From assembly GCA_018333715.1 (NCBI GenBank), contig JAGXSW010000188.1, positions 1 through 34,957 on the forward strand: a DNA stretch of 34,957 nucleotides. Direction: 5' to 3'. Positions within the stretch are counted from its first letter, which is position 1; every line of letters starts with the position of its first letter. This stretch comes from Syntrophaceae bacterium (GTDB lineage: Bacteria; Desulfobacterota; BSN033; UBA1163). Below the pieces are notes generated by a model. That model was not told the DNA's origin and searched no databases. It saw only the letters and a program-made list of their open reading frames with translations. Of this stretch, positions 18,033 through 26,205 are shown one piece after another. The translations under genes were made by a program, and so were the position numbers.

Positions 18033-20054
18033 TTAATTGTGGACAAAATTTGCATTGACTCTTGGGCCATTTTTCATGAAATTGTCAATTCCGATATTTC
18101 TATCCTGCGTTTTGAAACAATCGCCAAAGATCCTGGCTTCGATTTTCAATCCTTCCGCAAGAGTCGTTTTTGCCCCATCCAAAATTGCCTTTTGAAGAAG
18201 GGCATCGATCTTCCGACTCAAATGGCCAATATCAACCTCTGGAAGCTTTGAGGGAATAGGAATCGGGCCTTTTGGAATGGCAGGAACTTTGGCTTGCCCT
18301 GAAAGAATCTTGCTAACCCATCCCATGGCGGCTTCAATGAGATCACCCTCCACTTCCTCCTGAATCAGACCGATCTCTTTGGCCTGGGAGGAAGAGATCG
18401 GGTTCGAATGCCGGAGGATGGGCCACGCCTTTTCCAATCCTACCAGTCTCGGCAACCTCTGTGTTCCACCCGCTCCAGGGATGAAACCGAGCTTGGGTTC
18501 GGGTTGGGCTACAAAAACCTTCTGGCCCTTTGTGGCAATGCGGCCGGTACAGCACATGGCTATTTCATTTCCTCCGCCAAAGGCCAATCCATTCATGGCG
18601 CAGACCACAGGTTTACCCAAATTCTCGATGAGATCAAGAACAGAGTAGTTGTTGAGGCAACCGGTTTCTCCTTCCTCGGCTGTTTTTTGAGCAGCCAGCA
18701 TCCCGATGTCTGCTCCTGAAACAAATGCCCTTGTTCCGAATCCGGTTAGCACCGCTCCCTTTATTTTCGGGTCCTTCTGTATCCCTGTGAAAATCTCTCT
18801 CAATTGCTCAAAGACATCCGCATTGAGGGCATTGAGGACTTTAGGCCTCCGGATTTTAACGAGGGCGACATCTCCCTTATCTTCCCTGAAGACAACAGGT
18901 ATCTTCCATGGTTGACCTGAAGCCGCCTGTTTTTTTAGCATGTCAGCCACTTTAAACCCGGTGTTCTCTTTGGCATAGACTTCAACCAGTTCAAGGGCCT
19001 TTTTGACGCCGATCTTATTCATCATGGAGAAGGGAGAATTCAGAACCAGTCCGGCATCCATGGCCAATTCAAGATCGCCGATATTGGAAATGCCGCTTTC
19101 GACAATTTCGCAGATCATTCCGAAATAGGCCCCGATGACCCGATTCGAAACCGATTCATACATTACAGGCGTATAGTCAACGGTTTCGCCTTTTGCGGCT
19201 GTCTCCCAGGGTTTTCCGGATTTCACCTGATCATCAAGAATCTTCGGGGAGCGATACCAGGGCATGATCTTGGAGGTCATTTCATTTAGCCCATGCTGGG
19301 TGATGGGGTTTCCTCCTGCGAGATTATGAGCGGTGAATGGACCCACGCCCATTCCAAGGGCTTTCTGGACGATCACATCCGCCTGTTTGACATTGGCCAG
19401 TCCTTTTTCAACGGTTAGGGCTGTGGCTTCGAAGAGGCCTTCAAAGATGGGATCGACCGCATAACCATAACGGCTTTTCACTTTAATCGGAGCCTTTCCA
19501 ATGAATTCGTATAATTTCATCAAATATTCCGTCAGGGCAGGGTCGGTGTCTTTTCCGGGAACAATTTCCACCAGGATATTTCTTTCCGCCGGGAAAAAAT
19601 AGTGGATAACCAAACACCTGTTTTTATCTTCCATCTTCCCAAAGATCACCTCCGGCTCCATGTGTGAAGAATTGGAAGCAAAGATCGCTGTTTTCGGGCA
19701 GGATGCCTGACATTGATCGAAGATCTTATGCTTGACATCCTCTCTCTCAAAAGCGGCCTCGACCACAAAGTCAGCATCGGCGATTTTTCCATAATCGGTT
19801 GTGAAGAGGATGTTTTTGAAGATGGCATCAGCGGCCTCTTTCTTGAAGAATTTCTTTTCAGCAGCTTTCGCCATCTTCGATTCCGCCTTCCTGGAACCTG
19901 CATCGAGGGCCGCCTGAACGATATCTACCACGACGACAGGCACCCCGTATAAATACAGATTCTGGCTGAAATGAAGAGCAATGTCCGGGCCGATATTCCC
20001 CGAACCAATGACACCGATCTTCCGAATGGTCCGACCAAATAGTGTAAATGACAT
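18033..20054 (-). CDS. Fused 3-hydroxyacyl-CoA dehydrogenase (N-terminal) / enoyl-CoA hydratase (C-terminal)
   Basis: GVIGSGNIG Rossmann motif, ASNSS, HYFFP; C-terminal crotonase AFVSGADI, GGGNE, QPEPKLGFIPGAGGTQRLPRLVG. Confidence 0.93.
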   Translation of the reverse strand: MSFTLFGRTIRKIGVIGSGNIGPDIALHFSQNLYLYGVPVVVVDIVQAALDAGSRKAESKMAKAAEKKFFKKEAADAIFKNILFTTDYGKIADADFVVEAAFEREDVKHKIFDQCQASCPKTAIFASNSSHMEPEVIFGKMEDKNRCLVIHYFFPAERNILVEIVPGKDTDPALTEYLMKLYEFIGKAPIKVKSRYGYAVDPIFEGLFEATALTVEKGLANVKQADVIVQKALGMGVGPFTAHNLAGGNPITQHGLNEMTSKIMPWYRSPKILDDQVKSGKPWETAAKGETVDYTPVMYESVSNRVIGAYFGMICEIVESGISNIGDLELAMDAGLVLNSPFSMMNKIGVKKALELVEVYAKENTGFKVADMLKKQAASGQPWKIPVVFREDKGDVALVKIRRPKVLNALNADVFEQLREIFTGIQKDPKIKGAVLTGFGTRAFVSGADIGMLAAQKTAEEGETGCLNNYSVLDLIENLGKPVVCAMNGLAFGGGNEIAMCCTGRIATKGQKVFVAQPEPKLGFIPGAGGTQRLPRLVGLEKAWPILRHSNPISSSQAKEIGLIQEEVEGDLIEAAMGWVSKILSGQAKVPAIPKGPIPIPSKLPEVDIGHLSRKIDALLQKAILDGAKTTLAEGLKIEARIFGDCFKTQDRNIGIDNFMKNGPRVNANFVHN

Positions 20055-20078
20055 AAGTTCCTCCTCTCAAAAGATCAT

Positions 20079-20159
20079 TGCAAAATAGTCAATTAGCAAT
20101 GCAAAATTATCAATGGATAAATTGCTAATTTTGTAATGCTAATTTTACATTGCTAACTG
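20079..20159. repeat. Inverted pair of short-period (7/14-bp) degenerate repeats
   Basis: TGCAAAATAGTCAATTAGCAATGCAAAATTATCAAT ... ATTGCTAATTTTGTAATGCTAATTTTACATTGCTAA; the same motif flanks the MITE at 9810-9978. Confidence 0.6.
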
Positions 20160-20163
20160 TTTT

Positions 20164-21792
20164 TTAAAAGATTGATGGTTCCTTGAATTCTCCGTAAACC
20201 TCTTTGAAGACCCTGGTCATCTCTCCCACAGTGGCATAGGCCTTACAGCATTCGAGAAGATAGGGCATCACATTTCTTTCCGCTCTTGCGGCGTTTTCAA
20301 GGTCTTTCAACAATTGGGCCACCGTCCGGTTATCCCTTTCCCGTTTCACTTCTTTAAGCCGCCGGATCTGTTCTTCCGCAGACCCCAACCGGTACTCATG
20401 GAGTTCGACCTCCATCTCCTCGCCTTCGGTATATTTATTCACTCCAACTTTAATCAATTCCCCCTTCTGGACCCCCTTTTCAAATTCATAAGCCTGCCTC
20501 GCCACCTCTCTCTGGACATAGCCCGTTTCCACGGCCTTGGTCATTCCACCCATCTCATCGACCTGTTTCATCTCTTCCACGATCTTCTCTTCCATCTGTT
20601 TGGTCAGTGTCTCAATGAAATACGAACCGGCCAAAGGATCAACCGTGTCGCGCATTCCTATCTCCTCCATCAGAATCTGGAACGTCCTGAGAGAGAGAAG
20701 GGCTGCCCTCGGCGTGGGGATGGTATAGGCTTCGTCAAAGGAGCAGAGCGCAGTGGTCTGGGCGCCGCCCAGCGCAGCGGCAAGCGCATAGTAAGCGCCA
20801 CGGATGATATTGTTTTCCGGCTGGGCTTTGGTCATTCCATATCCTCCGCCTCCGAAGATGCCGCGGAGAAGAAGAGACCGGTTATCCTTTGCCCCGTAAC
20901 GCTCTTTGAGATTTTTCGCCCAGAGTTTTCTTGCTGCTCGGAATTTCGCCACCTGCTCCCAGAGATTTCCGAAAATATTGAGATTGAAGGTAAACCCTCT
21001 TACGAAATCGTCGATGGAATGGCCTCGGCGGAGAACCTCTTCGATATAAGTGTTGGCAATCTGGAAGGCATACGCAATTTCCTGGGCGGGAGAACACCCT
21101 GATTCACGGATATGGTATCCGCAGATGCTGACCGGATTCGTCCGGGGGAGCTCCTTCATCGAATATTCGATCGTATCCCCGATCAGACAAACCGAAGGTT
21201 TCACCGGAAAGATCCAGGCCCCTCGGCCAATCATTTCTTTAAGGATATCGTTTTGAGGAGTCGCGCTCACCCGATCCTTTTTGAATCCGAACTTTTCGGA
21301 CGTCGCCTGAAACATGGCGAGCATGATGCTTGCCACAGCATTGATAGTGAGTCCCGCGCCAATCCGGTCGAGTGGAATTTCCCGAAAAGCCGCCTCAAAA
21401 TCTCTCAGGGAATCAACAGCCATCCCGACTCTTCCGACTTCTCCTTCGGACAATGGGTCATCGGAATCGAGGCCCATCTGGGTGGGAAGGTCGAAGGCGA
21501 CATTGAGGCCGGTCTGCCCATGGGAGATCATCAGTTTAAAGCGTTCATTGGTCTCTTCCGGAGTCCCGAACCCCGTATACTGGCGAGTTGTCCATTCCCT
21601 GCTCCGGTAGCCCTGGGGGTGAATTCCACGGGTGAAAGGATATTCACCGGGATAGGCCAAATCCTTCTCAGGATCGAAACCGGCGTCCTCCATATCCTTC
21701 CGGGTATAGACCGGTTTGATATGGATGCCCGACTGGAGAATCACATCAAGTATTTCATCTTTATCGTTTTTGATATATCTGGCGACACCCAT
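20164..21792 (-). CDS. B12-dependent acyl-CoA mutase, large (substrate-binding) subunit, MCM family
   Basis: PGEYPFTRG, RQYTGFG, AFDLPTQMG, QNDILKE, GYHIRE and DPLAGSY motifs; likely start ATG 21792 after GGGAG. Confidence 0.93.
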   Translation of the reverse strand: MGVARYIKNDKDEILDVILQSGIHIKPVYTRKDMEDAGFDPEKDLAYPGEYPFTRGIHPQGYRSREWTTRQYTGFGTPEETNERFKLMISHGQTGLNVAFDLPTQMGLDSDDPLSEGEVGRVGMAVDSLRDFEAAFREIPLDRIGAGLTINAVASIMLAMFQATSEKFGFKKDRVSATPQNDILKEMIGRGAWIFPVKPSVCLIGDTIEYSMKELPRTNPVSICGYHIRESGCSPAQEIAYAFQIANTYIEEVLRRGHSIDDFVRGFTFNLNIFGNLWEQVAKFRAARKLWAKNLKERYGAKDNRSLLLRGIFGGGGYGMTKAQPENNIIRGAYYALAAALGGAQTTALCSFDEAYTIPTPRAALLSLRTFQILMEEIGMRDTVDPLAGSYFIETLTKQMEEKIVEEMKQVDEMGGMTKAVETGYVQREVARQAYEFEKGVQKGELIKVGVNKYTEGEEMEVELHEYRLGSAEEQIRRLKEVKRERDNRTVAQLLKDLENAARAERNVMPYLLECCKAYATVGEMTRVFKEVYGEFKEPSIF

Positions 21793-21807
21793 CTTCAACT
21801 CCCATGT

Positions 21808-21881
21808 GAATGGTGAATCGTGGTTCGTGAATCGTGAAAGATTCAAAATACGAGTCACCAATCACCTATCACAATTCACGT
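21808..21881. repeat. Inverted heptamer repeat arrays
   Basis: GTGAATG GTGAATC GTGGTTC GTGAATC GTGAA ... TCACCAA TCACCTA TCACAAT TCACG. Confidence 0.6.
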
Positions 21882-22277
21882 TCTCTGTTTAATGTGTTCT
21901 TTGATCCACTTAATCGATTCGTCAAAAGGAGTGCCTCCAGGGAAAACCCCCTCGATCCCCATCTTTTGCAGGAGGGGGATATCTCTTGTGGGAATGACGC
22001 CGCCGACCACGACGGTGGCGTCCTCGAATTCCTTTTCTTTCATCTTCTTCATTAATTTTTCACAGATGGGCAGATGGGCGCCTGACATGATGGATAAACC
22101 GATGACATCCACATCCTCCTGAAGGGCGGTTTGGATGATCTGATCAACCGTTTGATGAAGGCCGGTATAGATCACCTCCATTCCGGCATCGCGCAGCGCC
22201 TGGGCAACCACCTTCGCGCCACGGTCATGGCCGTCCAGGCCGGGCTTTGCAACTAAGATGCGGATCTTTCTTTCCAC
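21876..22277 (-). CDS. Acyl-CoA mutase B12-binding small subunit
   Basis: KPGLDGHDRGAK (DxHxxG), GLSIMSG and VGGVIP motifs; likely GTG start 22277 after GAGGG. Confidence 0.95.
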   Translation of the reverse strand: MERKIRILVAKPGLDGHDRGAKVVAQALRDAGMEVIYTGLHQTVDQIIQTALQEDVDVIGLSIMSGAHLPICEKLMKKMKEKEFEDATVVVGGVIPTRDIPLLQKMGIEGVFPGGTPFDESIKWIKEHIKQRT

Positions 22278-22313
22278 TTTATTCCCTCGATCTACCAATC
22301 TACAATCTGAAAT

Positions 22314-22519
22314 CTAACCAAAGATATTTGAATTTTTCTAAATAATTCCCTCCCCCTTCGACGCCTGCCTGCGCGAAGCCGCTTCGGCGAAGGCAGGGGG
22401 GAGGGTGAGGGTGGGGGTGGACAAAGCAGAGACCGATTGGTCCCCCCTCCCCTTCATCCCCTCCCGCCGTGGGGAGGGGAGATTTTTTTGGGCCAAAATG
22501 TTAGAGATAAATTCTCAGA
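22314..22519. repeat. Dispersed composite hairpin element family C, copy 1
   Basis: Begins CTAACCAAAGATATTTGAA...AATAATTCCCTCCCCCTTCG, ends GTTAGAGATAAATTCTCA; same ends at 34449-34567; nested GCCTGCCTGCGCGAAGCC core also at 31674-31750. Confidence 0.65.
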
Positions 22520-22540
22520 CTTTAATGTGTAAGAATCCAA

Positions 22541-23227
22541 CTATGGAGCCATTCTCCCTTCGTTGATCTCTTTGAGAACGATTTCCATTCCCCTTTCGAG
22601 ATGGGCTCTGACAAGGTTTTCCACAAGCCGTGGGTTATTTTTCTTCATCGCTTCGAGCATCTGACGATGGTCTGCAATAGAAGTCTTAAAACCGTTGGGC
22701 GTATGGAGCAGGGCAGAACGGTAACGGTAAAAATAGTCGCGATAGCCATTGATCATTTCGATCAATTTTTTGCTCTTGCAGGATTTATAAAGGAGGTCAT
22801 GAAATTCCGTATAGAGCTGAACCGCCTTCTCATCCTCTCCTTTTTTCAGGGCCTTCTCCGATTCATCCACCTTTTTTTCGAGGGCCGCGATTTTGTCCGG
22901 CGTAATGTGTGTAGCGGCCATATAAGAGGCGTAGCTTTCAAGAGCAATTCGAATGCCGAAGATTTCTTCCACATCCTCATTTGTGAATTCCCTGACGGCA
23001 AACCCTCCTTTTGGAAGCCGTGAGACGAGATCGTCTCGTTCCAGTTTGTGAAAAGCTTCTCTGACAGGGGTGCGGCTGATCCCTATCTGGTTGGCCAGCG
23101 TTTCCTCAACCAGCCGTTGCTTAGCCTTTAATTTTCCGTGAAGAATGGACTTCTTTAATGACTCGTAGACCATTTCACGCATAGGTTTCCTCTTGCCTAC
23201 CTTGATTGCTCCAAATATGTTTTCCAT
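22541..23227 (-). CDS. GntR-family (FCD domain) transcriptional regulator
   Basis: wHTH LVEETLANQIGISRTPVREAF; FCD domain FHDLLY and DHRQMLEAM. Confidence 0.95.
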   Translation of the reverse strand: MENIFGAIKVGKRKPMREMVYESLKKSILHGKLKAKQRLVEETLANQIGISRTPVREAFHKLERDDLVSRLPKGGFAVREFTNEDVEEIFGIRIALESYASYMAATHITPDKIAALEKKVDESEKALKKGEDEKAVQLYTEFHDLLYKSCKSKKLIEMINGYRDYFYRYRSALLHTPNGFKTSIADHRQMLEAMKKNNPRLVENLVRAHLERGMEIVLKEINEGRMAP

Positions 23228-23250
23228 GGGGTCCTCCTTGGTGATCGGTT

Positions 23251-23305
23251 CTGTATACTGTATCCAATCCTAACTTTTTATACGCTAAGGACGTGGGGTT
23301 GTCAA
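23251..23305 (-). promoter_or_regulatory. gntR sigma-70 promoter with downstream putative operator
   Basis: TTGACA (23305-23300), 17 bp, TATAAA (23282-23277); CTGTATACTGTATCCA at 23251-23266. Confidence 0.75.
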
Positions 23306-23421
23306 GATTTATTTCGGCAGATCTGTAATGCGTCACGCATTACTCCATTTGTCATCTCTATTTGCCATTTGTTGAGAGAAAGGGATTGTGTTAATAATAA
23401 AAGCTCTAAAGAGATTAGGCA

Positions 23422-24867
23422 ATGCGTATTACAGAAGATATTTTAAAACTATTCGGGCCGGAACAGCTCTATTATAACCCTCAAACCCTTGATCATTATT
23501 CGAAGGATTACAGCCTTTTCCCATCCAAGAGACCGGATTGTGTGGTCAAGGCAAGAAACGCAGAAGAGATTCAACATGTTCTAAAATATGCCGGATCCAA
23601 CGGTATTCCTGTTGTTCCCTCAAGCTCAAGGGTTCATTTTTATGGAGGGACCATCCCTCAAAAAGGAGGAATTGTTCTCGATCTGACAGAGATGGATAGA
23701 GTTCTGGAGATCGACGAATTGAATCGGAGGGTAAGGATTGAGGTTGGCCTGACCTGGGGAAAGCTTTCAAAGAGGCTGGAAGAAAAAGGATTAAGAGTGA
23801 TGATGCCTTTATATCCACATCCCTTACGTTCGGTGGTCACAGATTTATTGGAAAGGGAAGTGATCACGAATACCGTATATGAATATGGGGAGTCCCTTCA
23901 AGGGATGGAGGTGGTTTGGCCTAACGGAGAGGTCTTCAGAACAGGTTCGGCAAGCGTTGAGGGTTACCCCGAATCGATCTGCAAAGGGGTCAATCCCTCC
24001 GGGCCAGGACTCGATTTTTACCGGCTATTGCAAGGAGCCCAGGGAACGATGGGGGTTGTGACCTGGGCGAACGTGAAGGTTGAATACCTGCCAAAGATGG
24101 ATAAAATCTTTTTCATTCCTGTTTCCAATATCTCCAGAGGCATTGAATTTCTTTCTCAAATCATGAGGCTTCGAGTGGGTCAAGAGTGCTTTTTTCTTAA
24201 CCGGATGAACATTGCCTTGATCTTTGATGTTGATTTTAAGAAGAGGGGAGAAAGGGTTCCCCCCTGGACTCTTTTGATCGTTTTAAGCGGGTTTCAAAGG
24301 TATCCTGAAGAGAAAATAAGGTATGAAGAAGACCTTTTGAGAAACCTTGTTAAAGGGGAGTTCCAAGAACTTCTTCTTCTCGAAGAACTCCCTAACTGTC
24401 CATTTTCTAACCTTGAAATTGTGAGGATGCTTCGGAGAGCCTGGCCGGACCCCCTGACTTACTGGAAGCAGCGATACAAGAAGGGATGCCAGAGCCTATT
24501 TTTTGTCACAAAACCTTCGTATGTAGAGAAATTTGTTGGCATCGTGGAAGCGCTTGCCATTCAGTCTGGTTACAAAAAGGGAGATATTGGAATGTACATT
24601 CAGCCCATCGAGCAGAATCGGGCCTGTCACCTTGAGTTCAACTTCTACTATGATCCTGAAAACGGTCCTGAAAAAGAGGGGATGGCCCAATTATATCAGA
24701 AAGCTGTTCTTCGTTGCCTCAACGAAGGGGCCCACTTCACCAGACCCTATGGTGAAGCTTCACGGGTGATCTATGAACGAGCTCCAGAATATGTCAGGAC
24801 GCTGAAAAGGGTGAAGGCGATCTTCGATCCTCAAAACCTGATGAACCCAGGAAGATTATGTTTTTAA
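23422..24867 (+). CDS. FAD-binding oxidoreductase (GlcD/VAO-type)
   Basis: PDCVV...EEIQHVLKYA, GGIVLDLTEMDRVLEID, PGLDF...GAQGTMGVVT and FDPQNLMNPG motifs. Confidence 0.88.
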   Translation: MRITEDILKLFGPEQLYYNPQTLDHYSKDYSLFPSKRPDCVVKARNAEEIQHVLKYAGSNGIPVVPSSSRVHFYGGTIPQKGGIVLDLTEMDRVLEIDELNRRVRIEVGLTWGKLSKRLEEKGLRVMMPLYPHPLRSVVTDLLEREVITNTVYEYGESLQGMEVVWPNGEVFRTGSASVEGYPESICKGVNPSGPGLDFYRLLQGAQGTMGVVTWANVKVEYLPKMDKIFFIPVSNISRGIEFLSQIMRLRVGQECFFLNRMNIALIFDVDFKKRGERVPPWTLLIVLSGFQRYPEEKIRYEEDLLRNLVKGEFQELLLLEELPNCPFSNLEIVRMLRRAWPDPLTYWKQRYKKGCQSLFFVTKPSYVEKFVGIVEALAIQSGYKKGDIGMYIQPIEQNRACHLEFNFYYDPENGPEKEGMAQLYQKAVLRCLNEGAHFTRPYGEASRVIYERAPEYVRTLKRVKAIFDPQNLMNPGRLCF

Positions 24868-24876
24868 GGAAAATTA

Positions 24877-26205
24877 ATGGCCCAAAAACAATTTGATTTT
24901 GACATCACCCGGATCGACCATTTCCTGTATGATATGAGAGGTTGTATCAAGTGCAAAGGGTGCATGTGGGTGGACCATATCTATATGCCGGGCATCCGAT
25001 TCAGCACGAGATGTCCGAGCGCAACCCGATATTTTTTTGACTCCTTCGGCGCTTATGGAAAAATGAGGATAGGGTTGGCTTATATCGAAAAAAGATTGCC
25101 TCCGTCGGATACCCTGCGCCATATCTTTTATGTCTGCACCCTCTGCGGAGCCTGCGATGTTGGTTGCAAGCGGAATCTCGATCTTGAAATAGGGCTCTCT
25201 CTGGAGGCCCTTCGGGTGAAACTGGTAAGGGATGGCGTCGGACCTATGCCCGCCCATCAAAAAAAGGCTGATGAGATATTCCTTTGTCATAATGTTTTCG
25301 GATACCCTCATAAGAAAAGGGGAGCCTGGATTCCTCAGAAGATTAGCCCTACGAAGGGGGCAAAAACGCTCTATTTTGCAGGGTGTTATGGTTCTTATAT
25401 TCACACTGAGGTCTCGAGAGCCACAGTGAAGATTTTAGAAGCCTCCGGAACTCCATTTCAGATGATGGATGATGAATGGTGCTGTGGAAATCTCCTCTTT
25501 TCCGTGGGAATGATTGAGGAGGCGAAAAGGCAGGCTGAACGTAACCTATCCATTGTCAGAGAGTCCGGAGCGACCACCCTTTTGACCAGCTGTGCGGAAT
25601 GTTACCGGATGTGGAAGGTGGATTACCCCAAGATTCTCCATCTTTCCACCTCTGAGTTAGGGTTTGAGGTGAAACATCTGACCGAGTTTGTGCATGAGGC
25701 GATCAGCGAGGGGAGGATAAAATTTTCCATTCCCTTTGAAGGAAAATTGGCTTATCACGATTCATGCAGTTTAAGCAGGCTCAGTGAACCCTGGATTTCG
25801 TGGTCAGGAGAGCGACAGCAATGGGGGATTCTTCAGCCCCCCTTATCGAGGCGTCGTGGGACCTGCGGAGTTTATCAGTCCCCACGGGAGATTTTGAATC
25901 TGATCCCAGGAATTCACTGGGCAGAATTGCACAGGAAAAAAGAGAACGGTTTCTGTTGCGGCGCGGGGAGAGGAACGGAGGATGCCTTTCCAGATTTTGC
26001 AATGTGGGCGGCTGAACAGAGATTGGAAGAAGTCGTCGCCATCGGCGCAGAAGGGATTATATCCGCTTGCCCCCGCTGTAAGAGCAATTTTCTTAGGGCT
26101 GTTAAAAAGAATCAGCAGGAGTTGCAGGTTTTCGACATCTCTGAGATCATCCTTGCATCGATTGGGGGCGTCAAGAAAGAGCGATCGGGAGACAGAAGGC
26201 ATTGA
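24877..26205 (+). CDS. Fe-S/CCG-domain oxidoreductase subunit (GlcF/HdrD-like)
   Basis: CIKCKGC...CP and CTLCGACDVGC ferredoxin motifs; YFAGC, WCCG, YHDSC, FCCGAG, ACPRC. Confidence 0.9.
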   Translation: MAQKQFDFDITRIDHFLYDMRGCIKCKGCMWVDHIYMPGIRFSTRCPSATRYFFDSFGAYGKMRIGLAYIEKRLPPSDTLRHIFYVCTLCGACDVGCKRNLDLEIGLSLEALRVKLVRDGVGPMPAHQKKADEIFLCHNVFGYPHKKRGAWIPQKISPTKGAKTLYFAGCYGSYIHTEVSRATVKILEASGTPFQMMDDEWCCGNLLFSVGMIEEAKRQAERNLSIVRESGATTLLTSCAECYRMWKVDYPKILHLSTSELGFEVKHLTEFVHEAISEGRIKFSIPFEGKLAYHDSCSLSRLSEPWISWSGERQQWGILQPPLSRRRGTCGVYQSPREILNLIPGIHWAELHRKKENGFCCGAGRGTEDAFPDFAMWAAEQRLEEVVAIGAEGIISACPRCKSNFLRAVKKNQQELQVFDISEIILASIGGVKKERSGDRRH

